Source of the DNA: Eledone cirrhosa
Taxonomy: Eukaryota
Direction: 5' to 3'
Assembly: GCA_964016885.1 (NCBI GenBank)
Contig: OZ024743.1
Location: forward strand, 341,558,001 to 341,622,000
DNA length: 64,000 nt
The position numbers and the translations under genes are program-made. This document shows, piece after piece, positions 12,620 to 27,077 of the stretch; position 1 is the stretch's first letter, and every line of letters starts with the position of its first letter. Under the pieces are notes generated by a model, which saw nothing but the letters and a program-made list of their open reading frames with translations, did no database searches and had not been told where the DNA came from.

Positions 12620-14046
12620 TTGGGGTCTTTTCACAGAACAAAAATGTTTTTAGGGAGAGGAATTTTTCTATATATGCGTGTGTATCTCAATTCTGTTAAA
12701 AAACTGGTCAAAGGTTCAGTTGGGGTGGCGAAGTGGGAAAGTGTAAGCTAAGGTCAATTGCTTTAGGGGAGAGAGATATATAGGAATGTCAAAGCTATAT
12801 AGGAATGTCAAATTGTGAAAGAAGTTCTATTTTAGGAATATGCTTTAGAGGGTATTAGGTGTATGTGTGAGTGTATATATATATATGTGTGTGTGTGTAT
12901 GTATGTGTATGTGTGTGTATGTATGTGTGTGTGTGCGTGTGTGTGAGAGAGAGAGAGTATATGTGTATATATACATGTGTGTATGTGTGCAAATGCATCG
13001 ATCTATCTGTATATGTGGGTTTGGTTAATCAATAGGTGCTTATGAATAATCTAATTGGTTTAAATTTGTTAAGAAATAGATTGTATTTATTTATTCTTTG
13101 TTGTTGTGTGAAAGAATCTGAGCACTTATAAATGGGGCAGATTTTAAAGTTGGGTAAGGTCATTTCTGCACAATCTGCAATGTGGCTACTTAAGGGAATT
13201 TTTCTTGTGTTTACATCACGGATTTGTTGGCGATGAATGATCATTCTTTTGGGTAATGACACACCCATCTGTCCTATCTAGTTATGTCGATGCCCACCGC
13301 ATGTAATTGCGTAGGTTCTTTGAGTTGCAGGTGAAGATATCTTTCACTGTAAAAGTTTGGTCATCTTTAAATGTGAATGTTTGTCTTTCAATGAAGTATA
13401 GGCATGTGCCACAGTTTGTTCCTCAACATTTTATTACTTTAGGGTTGGAGATTGCTTTGTGTATATTTGTTCCAGTGAGAATGTGTCTTAGTGATTTGGG
13501 TTACCTATTATTTTTAATGATCTTGTGTGTTTCTAGGATTTATTTCATTTTATAGAATTCTTTCTGCCTTTGTCACTCTAAATACAACTTTAAAGAAATA
13601 GCTTTTAAAGAATACCTCTTTCTTTAAACCCATCAACCAATGACCTCCACCCATCTTGTAGACACCTGAAAGATAGGCATTGTTAGCTTAAGCGAAATTT
13701 AAAAATAAGGAGTGGCACTCCAATCTGAACTTGTTCATAGAATTCTTACTGTCTTTGACACTCTAAATATAATTGATAGCTTTAAAGAATTAGCTTTTAA
13801 AGAATTCCCTTTTCTTTAAACCCATCAACCAATGACCTCCACCCATCCCAATCCCCACCCTCTCCTACCTCCGGAAAAGATATAAATACCACCATATTTA
13901 GTTAGACAGTCAGCATCCTGATGATTTATTTCTCATGAATGAAACAGTTCTAGTCCTGTAGAAGCTTTTCTATATTAAACATTTATACTCTGCACTGTAT
14001 TGAGTGCCTTACTTACTGTGGTTACCCCCGATTGAACCCGCCATAA

Positions 14047-14048
<2 letters not shown>
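12620..14048 (-). mobile_element. Truncated Penelope-like element: GIY-YIG remnant plus inverted pLTR
   Basis: The minus strand at 13029-13550 gives FTCNSKNL...GQMGVSLPKRMIIHRQQI, frameshifted. A plus-strand pLTR with a hammerhead lies at 13553-14048 and ends in (TA)n. Confidence 0.7.
13912..13966 (+). ncRNA. Type I hammerhead with extended stem III (slightly decayed)
   Basis: agcatc-CTGATGA-tttatttctcatgaat-GAAA-cag ttctagtc ctg-TA-gaagct. The 3' half recurs at ~61105-61150. Confidence 0.6.
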
Positions 14049-14116
<68 letters not shown>

Positions 14117-14124
14117 CATATACG

Positions 14125-14344
14125 ATAGGCGTACTGAAATGCTCCTGGCTTTAAAGGGTATCACGAAAGGGTATTTGGTGGCCAAAACCTCCGAGGTCTT
14201 TCTACTGGGTTTAGAATACCTTAAGGATCACTGCAATAAGTGTGTGAATCTGAGAGGGGAAATTATTGAATAAAATCAAAATTAACTGATGCTCTTGTAC
14301 ATTCATTTACCCAAAGCCAGGAACATTTCAGCACTTCCTCGATA
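14125..14344 (+). mobile_element. Mariner-like DNA transposon 3' end
   Basis: GLEYLKDHCNKCVNLRGEIIE* resembles the mariner transposase C-terminus. It is followed by a TIR-like ...tttcagcacttcctcg. Confidence 0.6.
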
Positions 14345-14349
14345 TATTC

Positions 14350-15390
14350 ATACTTCATTTCTATCGACTTGCGCTACAAGCAAGCACGAAGTATTGCAGC
14401 TGAGATAGTAAAGGCATCCAAAGTTTTGGGTTAACCTGGAATCCTACTTCAGATCTGCAAATAAAGTGGTCTGGCAGACCATCTATCGACATCGGAATAA
14501 GAAACCCTCCTTCACACTCTCAGGAATGCGTCTGGTGTTCTACTACCTTGGAATAGGTGCATCCAGGCAAGGAGAGAATACTTTGCTGATCTCCTAAACC
14601 CAATTGCAACAGCATCTGATATACACGTGGTGTATGTAGGAGCATTGACTAATGTCCCAGAGGCTGCGATCACAAGGGCAGTTAACGAGCTCAAATGTTG
14701 AAGGCCACGGGGGAAGATGAAATCCAACCAGAAATATTAAATAGAGATGGTATTCTCTAGCTGTCTCGTGTGTGCCGGTTGGTCTGGATATCTGGAAAGG
14801 AACCTAATCGGGAGTGATATATATAAACCCAATTTTCATAAAGGGAGTCAAAGGAGAGTGTTTCGTTTACGGAAGGATCTCATTGCTAAGCCTATCCGGT
14901 AAAGTCTATGCTAAGTGTCAGGGAAAGAGATGCTGGGAGATTTTCTAGTCAAATCTAGCTGAGCAACAGTGAAGATTTCGAACCGAAAGCAGTACAACCG
15001 ACCAAATATTCACACTGCGGCAGTTCTTCGAGAAATCGTAGAGGTCGCTAGAGGGTTGGACGCAATGCTTTGCAGCATAGAGTTATGCCCCTTTATGGGG
15101 ATTTCAAATCCCGCCGAGGTTAACTTTGCCTTTCATCCTTATGGGGTCGATAAAATAAAGTACCAGTAATGCACTGGGTAATTGCTGGCTTTGTGCCAAA
15201 AGTAGAAACAATTATTATTGTTTGTAGACCTTAGAAAGGTATGTGACCGGGTTCCTCGGGATCTGCTATGGAAGGTTCTATAGGAGTATGAGATCGATGG
15301 CCAGCTTCTTGCTGCCCTGATGTCTCTATTCAAATATCCATGTATTTGTGTTCGGATAAATGGTGGTAAATCGAAACCTTTCGAGAAGAA
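14350..15390 (+). pseudogene. Decayed RTE-type LINE RT fragment interrupted by a SINE
   Basis: STTDQIFTLRQFFEK, then the SINE, then CFVDLRKVCDRVPRDLLWKVL. Confidence 0.65.
15040..15220 (+). mobile_element. tRNA-derived SINE nested in the LINE fragment
   Basis: tcaaatcccgccgaggttaactttgcctttcatccttatggggtcgataaaataaagtaccagt...agaaacaattatt. Confidence 0.85.
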
Positions 15391-15514
15391 GCAGAAGTTG
15401 ATGATGATGATAAGGAAAGAAAGAATAATTTCTATTGAGTTTTTATAGTACAACTGGATCGATATAATTTTCTTTTATTTCGATCTATACCTTTGTACAC
15501 GCATGCACATACAT

Positions 15515-15589
<75 letters not shown>

Positions 15590-15969
15590 TATATATATGT
15601 ATATATATATGTTTGTGTGTGTGTGTGTGGTGTGTGTGTGTGTGTATGCATAATGTGAAACAATTGATGTATTAGAGAAACAAAATGAAGTAGTAGTAAT
15701 CCATTGATTTATGAATGTTTAAATGGAACAGATAATCACATGTGAATAAAGGTTAAAGTGCAGTTTCATTCAGCTGATATATAGAGGAATTCAGATATAT
15801 ATACGTTCAAATTATTTAGAATGAGTATTATGTGGTATGCCGACTTTAATCAACCATATGATAGACATGCTCAAAGATAGCTAGGGAATGCGTATTACAG
15901 AAATACATACCGACATAGATGAAGATATTCATATATACACATACATATACAAATATACATATACATACG

Positions 15970-16037
<68 letters not shown>

Positions 16038-16829
16038 AGATGAATATAAAATGAAAGTGCTTTTATAAAGGAATTTATTAGGTATTGACATATGTTTCTG
16101 TAACAAACAGACGGAATACCTAAGTATCGCTGCTTGCGAAATCATATAATGTTAGCAAGTATTCGATAGCAAATGTATAATCAGTTGTCACTTCTTCAGA
16201 GATATTGGATAAATTGGAAAAAATCAGAAAAAATTGAAGTATTTATATTAGTTGTAAGAAAGGAAGAAGAGAGGGGATAGTATATGACAGATGGCAATTC
16301 AATTTACTGGTAAACAAGTATATAAAATATTTCTAATGAGAATACAATGAGTATATGGTTTATTTTATCTAAATAAGAATTTTGGGGAGTGCCTATTTTA
16401 ATCTATACTTGATCAATTGAACAATGGACAGGGCTGGTCGTTTGCTGTAGTAGTATTAAGAGATATAAAGTGTCAATTAAGGAAGAGGGAGATTTTCACT
16501 GCTACTGAATAACAACAATGCTGGTAGCCTACTGGTATATGCATTAGGGAATTGAATTAAGAAATCTCATTTTATCTATAGCAGTTTATATTAAATGGTA
16601 AAGAATAGAAGAGTTGATAGAATTAAGACTGATAGAGAATGTTAATATGTATTTTGACAATCAAACGGAGATGGAGGCAGGCGTTCAATCCTGGTAGTAT
16701 TTGTAATATGAAAATGTAGATTTCAAGCGATGGTTACAGTATAACGATCGCTCTATTCTGTTATTTAATAAAATATTTTTGGATTTCATAATACAAAATA
16801 ATTCCATATTACACAATTTACAAAATTCC

Positions 16830-18345
16830 TGTCTGTGGGAATCTTTCAGTGTCTAGCTTGTATGTCTGCCTCTACCATTGCTGCTGAACAACAACAACAA
16901 AACCCGAAGATCGTGTCTTCCTCTACCATTGTTCCTGAACAACAGCAAAAACCCCCAACTAAAAAACAAACGACCGTAGCTTCTGCTACTACCCCTGTTG
17001 AAGGACTTCATCAACAACAGCAACCCATGTCTTCTTCCCCCGTTGCTTTTCAGCAACAACAACCGACGACTGTGTCTTCCCCTACCATGCCTGTTGAAGG
17101 AGAAGAATAACAACCAAAATCGACCGTCAATACGGAGTTTTAGGAAATACGGCAAATGATTTCCGCTTTAAGCCGAGAAATAAGGGAATAAAATCAAGCG
17201 TTCGTGTAGAACCTCACAATGAGGGATCTTACCAGAGTGCCTTGTTAAAATATCTCCGCGTACCTCTTGTCGAACCTAGACTCATTGAGAATGCCACTGA
17301 ATCTGCAAACCACGAAGTGATTGCCATTGGTGTACCAGAAGACATAGTTGATCTTCAGGTATTTGCTGCCAGTTCATCCAAAGACTTGAGCTGTGCTCCC
17401 ACGAAGGGTGCTCTACGTCTTGGCCGACCAGGTCCGAAACCCAGGTTAATTAGACTGTCGTTTTCGAACTCAACTGAGGCACGATCATACCTGGAAACCT
17501 CTGATAAAGCTAGGCGTGAAAGTCGGATTGCTTTCCGAACACGCCCTAGTCTTCCACCCGATGTCCGCCAGAAGCTGTTTCCTTAAACCACAGTTCAGCA
17601 GAACATGAAGGCTTCAGCCTACGTGATGATGGGCAGATATGGAAGTTTGTTAAGGCTGGTTAAACATGGAAAAGAGATACCAGCTGGTCTGAAAACACTG
17701 TACCCACAACAACTAACAATAAAAAAACTGAAAAAACTCTGGGACACTAAATCAGAACAACCTGCCATCCCCTGCACATAATCATATGCTGGAATCAAGG
17801 TACAAATTGTTGTCCTTGAATGCACGTAGTATATGCAATAAGATTAATCTTTTTGACTCCTACGTCAAAAGTATCAACCCTGACTTCATTACAGTAACGG
17901 AAACTTGGGCACATTCCTTACTCTGTGATGAGGTTTTCAGCATAACTGGCTACACCTTGTTTCGCAAAGACAGGATTAATCGTGGTGGTGGTGGTGTAAA
18001 CGTCTACGTTCGGTTAAATTTGTCGGCAATTCCTTGTGTTTTTTTGAACCAATTGCAGCAGGAAGTATTTTTCTGCGATATACGTATGACCATGTCAACA
18101 CTGCTACTTGGAGTTGTTTACCGTCCCCCAAATTACCATCAAGACACTAAACTTTGTGATATCCTCAGACTTGCTGCCAGGAAAACAGCCACTTATGTTT
18201 TTATTTCAGGGGACTTCAATCACCCTGAGATTGACTGGGAAACCTTTCGTCGGCCGCCAAGTACAAATGACTTCCTTCAGCTAGTGCTGGACTCGAATTT
18301 GTCCCAAGTAGTCACCTCCCCAACAAGAGGTGACTTATTTATTAC
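16830..18345 (+). mobile_element. CR1/L2-type LINE 5' half (decayed ORF1 plus APE endonuclease)
   Basis: ORF1-like LRLGRPGPKPRLIRLSF followed by the APE ORF. Truncated after PTRG. Confidence 0.75.
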
Positions 18346-18406
18346 AAATCTATATAGAAAACATTATTCTGTGCAGCCTTTAGAGACATACGCACATAAC
18401 CACTGA
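17786..18406 (+). pseudogene. Apurinic-like (APE) endonuclease domain of LINE ORF2, 3'-truncated
   Basis: LNARSICNK, VTETW, RKDR..GGGGV, VVYRPP, GDFNHP and PTRG motifs. Confidence 0.85.
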
Positions 18407-18779
18407 TTTGATTTGCTAGGATTAACAGCCAGATACCATCAAATCATACAAACATCACAGTAAACGCCTTCGCATAACAACGGATTCGATCTTTTAGAAA
18501 TTACAGCCAATCACACACTTCCATCTTAACGGAAGGAAAAGGGTTATTTCTCCTGCTTTATTTCTTATTATTATCTACGTCTCATTCCCCTACACACACA
18601 CATACATGCACGCACACACACTCACACACAGACACACATACACACACAAACACACACACACACATACACACACACAGAGACACACACACACACATAGACA
18701 TACACAGAGACACACACACACATAGACACACACAGAGACAAACACATACACACTCCCACTCTCTCATAGGATAGTCCTG

Positions 18780-19230
18780 AGAATAAACGTATAAAATGTT
18801 ACAGTGATGTGGTGGAGATATGCATACATAACATAAAAGAGTACTGGTGGAATTTTCCAGTCAAAACACCAATAAAATGCAAACATAACAGACCAGATAT
18901 AGTAATATGGAACAAAAAAAATAATGTATGTAGAGTAATAGATATCAGCTGCCCAGCAGATGCCAATAAAGTTCTAAAGATTAGCGAAAAGGAGAACGTT
19001 TAGGAAGAACTAATGAATAATCTTCCGATACTCCTCGATGACTATACATTTAGATTTGTAGATATGACCATTGGGGCTCTTTCTTATGTTACTAACCGCC
19101 CCAGTACAAAACTTGATAAGCTAGTTTTCACAGAACCAGCAAGAATACGGCTACTTAGGAAGTTACAAATACAGTCCATTAATGGAACTACAAATATATA
19201 AAACATTTCAGAAAATCAGCATGTAATAAC
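18780..19230 (+). pseudogene. R4/Dong-type restriction-like endonuclease C-terminal fragment
   Basis: KHNRPDIVIW...VIDISCP (PD..D RLE motif) and IGAL...KLQIQSINGT. Confidence 0.75.
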
Positions 19231-21899
19231 TACATATACACATGTATATATACATAAACTTATTCACGGGAACACATATAACTCAAAAGATACAAATTCA
19301 CTTATGCAATAGCATCCATTCCTGCAAAGTGCCTCCCTCTCACACACACATACGAACACATACAGACGTATTTATCTAGATGATGTCTAAATTAAAAAAA
19401 ATTAGTCTTATTTCTATATTAGAAACCGGCATTCTCTATTGGTGAACATTTATAAAATACTGGTTTCTGATTTAGGCACAAGGCCAGTAATTTTGGGGAA
19501 AGGAATGTCGATTAAATCGACCCCGTAAGGATAATGCGCAAAGCTAAACTCGGTGGGATTTAAACTCAGAACGTAATAAAACGAAAATAACATACATGCA
19601 TTCATAAAAATATATTCATGCATTCACATGTATGTATGTATGCAGTTATGTGTGTACGTACGTACGTATGTGTGTATGTATGTATGTACATATATGTATA
19701 TGCATGTGCATGTATATCCTCGGGGACATAGAAATAATTTTGCTGGATACCCGATCGCGCGGTTAAACCACTGGTAGTGAGGGACCCCGATCCTTTGTCA
19801 GGGTATTTTTCTAGGAGAAGGCAACTCAGGAAACGGGGATAAATCAGACATAAACCTGCGACTCAGTAGTTGACGATGATGTTGATCATTTCTTCTTTTC
19901 GGTTTATAGCTACTGTCGCTCAGAGAGTGGGATTGGCTCAGTGCATAGTATTTCCTCACTTTAAAAATAAGCTTCACGCACAGGTATTGCACTATAGCAT
20001 TAATTGATAATTATTAATAATGTGCAATGGCCATACTCGATAACGAGGGGGCAGCCATCATGTATGTATGCATGTGTGCATGTATATTTGCTGGATTTCA
20101 GTTAGTCAAATATCATTTAAAAGACATTAGACTGTTCTAGTGTGTGGTAGAAGACACTTGTCCTTTATGCCACATAGTAAGAACCACGTCGCCATGAAGA
20201 AATATTTTAAACTAAATAGCTTTGCTGTCAATTATAATGAAATGTGTATTTTTATGGGCCACGCCAGAGACGGAGTATGAACAGAAGTTCTTTTGGCTGA
20301 CGCCGCGGTCTTCAGTGTCTCAGATTCCCTTATTACGCGACTATCTCTTTAATATTTACACTCTGGACTGAAACACTTTAGACATGCTTTAAAACCTCTT
20401 CGAATTCCTTAATTTCTAACATGAAAATATGTGTCACTGTGATAATCTTTGAGTGTGATCACGCTACTTAAACGCCTCTGAAGCTAAATATTCTTGTGTT
20501 TGAAGCAAACATTCTTATCCAGCTTATTAATTTTCTTCAAATTTTCCGACACTTTCAAAACATTAATTTCATATTCTGCTGTTAATTAATATTTCAGAGG
20601 TCTGTTCGTAGTAGCTAGAGTTGAGAATCGATAGAGAAGTAACATTAACATTACGTAAATGCTGTTATCAAAATATAATCGATCTTAATTCTTTTTATTC
20701 CTTTTCAATCTCTGTTTGTTATTTATTTCCTCAAGAGTAATTTTGATTTTTTCCTTCGTATTTTTTAACATGACCTGGTCAGAATAGCGAAAAGAAAAAT
20801 TAAATAAATAAGTAAATAAATAAATAGCGCTTTCTCGTGATTAAGTAAAAAATTCTGAATTTCAGATATGAGGTAATTGGGAGATCTAAGGCGCATGCTT
20901 TACCAAAGTGAATGCCAGGTGTATTTAAAGAGAATTTATTTGATTTATCGTTTCAATATGAGAATCCCAATCTGATTTATTTCACGATGTTCTACAGATT
21001 TTGTTACATATCTAAAGAAATGGGGGCTTATTTTGACAGGGTGTGAATAATTTGTGATGGCTTTTAATGATATGTATTCAAGTATGGAGGTGGAATACTA
21101 ATTGTGTAAGAGCAAGGAAACGACTTTAGATTACTGATATGCAGATGCAATACAGTGCATTGAGGCAGTCATTTCTCTCACAAGGGCGTAAACTACGGTG
21201 GTTATGTGAAATGTCTTCAATCGCAAATTGATACCGCATTGTTATTATGGCGGTTCGATAGCTTACTTCGTGTTGTCCAGTAACTACAGTATTGATAATC
21301 AAGATGGTATATTTTTTTAGAATTGTTACAAAGCGCTGTCTCCACTTACATAATTTCTTCCCGTGTTATATGATTCATAATCTACTTTCAATAGAATTAC
21401 ATATATCTACAGCCGAGTGTGTTTGCTTCACAGCTATCTATAAGGCTTATATTTATCATATTTAATCTTTTCATAACTGTCTGGAGGAAGTAGCCGTGTC
21501 CATAGCCATTGCAGGCTCTCCGAGATCGACGAAATCACCGCGGTTAATATTTTTCAAAAGCAGAAAGCTGTTGGCTGTTACAAAACTCCCTGCTGTAAGT
21601 GGAAACATTCCAAACGATTATCGTGATGGAGAATAAGGGATATCGTTAAGTGTTCGTTTGATGAAGGATTAACACAATATGGTTTGACGAGAATCAAGCG
21701 GATCATGAATGCCTGGCTTAGGATGGGACGCATCTACCTAACTTTAAAGAGTAGAGTCTACTACACTAACAGTGACAAATGTCGGCATGTGTTGGGAGTG
21801 ATACCATGCAAATTGTTTGAATGCCTTTTCTTTCAATGCAGCTTTGCATGAGCTTTGGCGAGTGCTATTAATTGTTGGCATTTCTGAACATGAAGTGCT

Positions 21900-22525
21900 A
21901 TGCTAGGATATGCGATGCAGTCATTTCTATAAGAAGGACGATGCAATGTTTGCTATATTGAGAAGATGTCATGCAGTCTTTGCTACATTGAGGAGGGTGG
22001 TACAGTGGTGTCTTTACTATATTGGAATGCTGAGGTGTAGACTTTTCTACATTGAGAAGTGTGGTACTGTCTTTACTACATTGAGAAGGATGTTGCAGAT
22101 TTTGCTATATTGAGGATGTGTGGTGTTGTCTTTGCTACATTGATGAGATGCAGTGCAGTATGTACATTATTGAGGTACTTAGGTGCAGTCCTTACCATAT
22201 TGGGGAGGTGTGGTGTTATTTTTGCTACATAGATGAGGGCCAGTGCAGAAATTTCCATATTGAGGTGGTTGAATGCAATGCCTACCATATTGAGGTGGTG
22301 TGGTGCAGTCTTTACTATATTGAGGAAGCGTGGTGCTGTCTTTACTATATTGAGGTGATGAGGGGAAGTTTTTACTATATTCAGGAGAATGGTACAGCTA
22401 TTATTATATTTAGGGTGAGGCTGTTGTCTTTGGTACATTGAAGAAGTGTAGTTCAGTCTTTACTATATTTACATATTTACTATATGACATATTTACTATA
22501 TGACATATTTACTATATGACATATC
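21900..22525. repeat. Degenerate 30-bp minisatellite followed by a 16-bp tandem repeat
   Basis: Unit ~gtctttactatattgaggaagtgtggtgca repeated about 18 times, then (atttactatatgacat) about 3 times. Confidence 0.85.
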
Positions 22526-24224
22526 TCTACAGAGCCGACGCCTATAACATACACGCATGAAGCTAGACACATCACATTTACATGTGCAGAAACAGAGTTT
22601 ATTATAAGCGTCGGTGTTTATCTCTGTTTTTCATAATGTTAGACTAATGAGCGACACGACTCCTATTTCCCATCTCTTTGATTTTACGCTGGTTTAATAC
22701 AGACAATTTTTGTGTAGAATGTCTTCAACGACCTGGACCTACAGACCACCAAAGTCATCAGTCACCCTATAGCAACGATCTCTAATTTCAGCCGGTCAGC
22801 ATATTTGCGAGGAAGGAAAAGCCTATTATAAGTGTACCAGTACTTAAATGGTACACTGTTTTATCGACCTAGGAAAGATGAAAGGCATGATTGACATCGA
22901 CGAAACTTGAATGAAATGCGATTAAAAATGTGTTCGATACACTTAAAGATTCGTCCAATCGACCTTTCTTTCTATGATGGTACTAACAATTAAGATTTAC
23001 AACAACTTACAATACTCCCCTAGAGCTAAGTCAACTCCAACGAGTTAAGTATCTTGGCGATAGATACAACGCCAGGAGTATCAGTAGCACCATCACCATT
23101 ATCATATCCATTGCCAATAGAAAACTCCTACTTTTCAATTGCTTCTCCGAGACTTTTAGCCATCGACCTGGGATAAATACATTTTTGTAAGTCTGGCTTT
23201 TTACTATGATTTGCACATTTCGTTTGGTGTTTATTGCCTTATCTCCTTCACGTGACCTATTTCTACGAATATACATAATAATATTATGTGATCGAAACTA
23301 GAACCTTCATATTTGACACGAAATCTCGACTCTTAAATGTTCAATAACTTGCAGCTATCTAATAAATAAGCAAGCGTGTATTTTTTCATCTACAAAATAA
23401 GAAATATATATATATGAATAAATATATATGTACATATTACAAAGTAAAGCTGAAATGAAAAGAAAATATGTGTCTTGGTCTACAACTGCAATAAAACTTG
23501 GTATGCTTTCTTGTTTTAATTATCTTCTAGAGTCTATTTTACATTCTACTTGATGGCAGCAAGCAACAAGATCGAATGTCTAGAAATATTATTGTCCACA
23601 ACATTTGAACAGCTCTGCCAATATCTCTTTGGCAACATCGCTTCATTTCATATTAGAAACAAAGAATTAAATAAAATGACAATACAAAAGGAATTGTCCT
23701 TTCACTGACGAAAACAATAAAGAGCAAAAGTCTTTAATAAGAATTTGTTATTTTCTGCAACAAAAAGTTGATGAAGTAAACTGGCACTATTCTTGAAACA
23801 TTTGTATAAATATACACTCACCGTTGTCGTCTGCACCATATTCAGAGTCGCCATCATTATCATAATCATAACATACGGACCATAATCGTATATATCGTCA
23901 TCGTCGATATAGTCTAGCTCAATAGCAGCAACTTCATAATATTTACCTCACCCAACTCCACAGAGTGCATTCACCTGTCCCTTCTTTTCATTATTATCAG
24001 GAGTATCAGTAGCACCATCACCATTATCTTATTCATTGACAATAGACATCGGACACCATCCCCAGCAAAATTATCATGCCACGTTTCTCCCTATTAATAA
24101 CTGTACAATGTTCACCATCACCAACACCACAAGGATTACAACCATCATATTCTTCATACTCATGATCATAGCTATGATAAACACAATGAAGAACTGCTAT
24201 CATCTCAATCTCGCCACCTCTACC

Positions 24225-24298
24225 ACGATAATAATAATAATGATAATAATAATTCTTACCAGCACCACCACAACGACGACGACCACCACCAACACCAC

Positions 24299-24391
<93 letters not shown>

Positions 24392-24412
24392 AATCCTCAC
24401 CATCACCATCAT
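24225..24412. repeat. Trinucleotide microsatellites (AAT)n/(CAC)n/(CAT)n
   Basis: Long (cat)n run. It explains the poly-I and poly-M ORFs. Confidence 0.95.
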
Positions 24413-25933
24413 TAAAATTATTTCCAACGACTTCATAACCACCATTAACTTCGTCAGATCAATTTTATCGAGCATAAAAAACAACACTTCAGTAGGGTTA
24501 GAAGAACTGAGTAATATTTTCATATGTCATAATTAATGCAAAAAAACAAATTGCTTAAGGTAGTCGATATTGTAGGGAAAAACTGAAGGAGGGGAGAAAA
24601 GAAAATAAATAAGGGAAGAGCGGAAAGATTCACGGCATCAGTTTATGTCTAAGATATATTTATCGAAGGAAGACAACAGATGTTGTTCGAAAATTATTTG
24701 AAAGAAAACTATTTGTTCGCAGTTTTAAAAAAGATTTTAAAAATCACATCTAAGAAGAGAGTTTTTATTTCATAAATGTAGAGGAAAATGATTGGCGAGG
24801 TAGCATATCACTTGGAGTAGACAGTATTTAGTATTGTTTTTGTTTTCATTTATTTTAATTACATCGCAATTTACGGACATGATTTAAGGATTTGATGCGC
24901 GAATCGCTGGTTCAAAGCGTCTCTCTGGGCTAGATTACAAAGAAATTATCGAACTAAATGAAGAAAATATAATGTATAAGATTTTATTCGAAGACCACTA
25001 GTGTTACAGTTTCCTCATTGATGTTTAAATCTTTCTTCAAAGTAATACATTTTGTCTGAATCTCTAGGACGAGGAGTTATCACACACAGTCTAATGGTAA
25101 ATCACTTGCACCGGTAGAAAATACAAGCATAATATGCCGCCATAGCTAATTGAATCTGCAAATATGTGGTTACAAGATAAATCTCAAACCACACAATCAT
25201 GTTTGTTATAGGATTCAGAAATAACAGAATTGTCGTTTTTGCATTGCATGAATTTTAGTCAGTAACAATTAGACTTCAAGAGTTGACATTAGAATACAAG
25301 ACTAGGAAACGTTTAACTTAGCATTAAAAAGAAAACATGGAAGACATGTTTAACTGCAGGACATTCTGTAGAGGTGTGGGTGTGTAGAAATTAGAGCTAT
25401 GACTGGGAGAAGGAATGAATTACGGATGAAGAGAAAATCATTGACTAGTGAAGGGAGGAGAATGTAGGAGACCAAACACATCCGACGAACAGAATACACT
25501 GTAATGGATGTATAATTGGGAGAGAGGTGAAAGCTGTTCTGTAAACTAGATGTATATAAATATACACACATACAAACACAAAGACACACACATCACAGAC
25601 ACACACATATATATATATATTGTTCCGTTTGTGTTTGTCAATGGATAATTGTTTCACAATTGTACTTGTCCATCAATTAAAATTGTGTACACAGATTTTA
25701 GAAATTCATATTTCCAGACTGCGATACAATCAGGCTGGGTTATGTACAACTGAGTTTTTGTACATGTATAAGAAATAAAGCAATATTCTAGAATCGTATA
25801 TCATTGTATCAATTACGTCATTCCTATTGACGAAATTATTAAAATTATAAAAGATTCCAGAACACTGGCTTAGTCTTTATTCTTATATATATATATATAC
25901 GCCTGAATGTGTTGGGGGTGTGTGGGGGTGTGT

Positions 25934-26038
<105 letters not shown>

Positions 26039-26507
26039 GTATTTCCGTAGAAAAGGTAAAGGAAAGAAGAGTGCTCTATGTACAGTACAGAGCTATTTAA
26101 TTGTATAATAAATAACACAAAATAATTATTCCATGACCCAATGTTTCACGAAATTAAACGATTCTTATAGAAACGTTTAGTTCGTTCATCGGATCAAATA
26201 TCTATATTAGGGATGTAAGATTTGAAATTAAAATCTATTACAAATGAAAATGAGGCTGAATTAGAATAACGGAAAACATACATCAAAACACAGAATCAGA
26301 TCCACATACATGCACATATACATAAAATTAAAAATGAAAATAAAAATATACATACATACACATCTACACACACATTTACATAAATACATATATATACATA
26401 TACACACAAAAATAAAAAAATAATATATATATATTATTTATAAGTATGTATACGTACATACATATATGATGTATACAGACGTACAGTAGTATGTATATAC
26501 ATACATG

Positions 26508-26545
<38 letters not shown>

Positions 26546-26949
26546 CGTATGGGTTTAACGAACATTTATTATAATGTTCGGTTTGTTTGTAATCAAACAG
26601 CCCGAATTATGCCGTACAGTGTTCATTTCTCCCTCTTGGATAAACAAAATATTTGTTGTTAGGTTAAATTGTTTTTTGCTGGTTAAACTCCTGCATTCTG
26701 ATTCTATCTTGAAGAGTGTCCCTAAGCAACAGTTGAGAATGAGCAGAACTTTTAACGAGAAAAAACAATCAACTTAATAACAAATGTTTTGATAATCCAA
26801 TACGGAGAAAGCAAACTTAGCTAAATATATCATAAAAACTAACGATACAGTCTTGGAGTGGTGATACCCAAAGGAATATACAAAGGCGGATAACAAATCA
26901 AGGAGAGGTTAATTTAACAAAGGTAACGTTAAACAAACTGACATTTCAT

Positions 26950-26988
<39 letters not shown>

Positions 26989-27041
26989 CTATCTGGCCCG
27001 TTAGGCTTGCGCTCGGCTACCATTGGCGCGTTCTACGGAAT

Positions 27042-27072
<31 letters not shown>

Positions 27073-27077
<5 letters not shown>

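Noticed and set aside
24036-24536. 166-aa poly-Ile and 107-aa poly-Met ORFs
   Set aside because: Products of the (CAT)n repeat.
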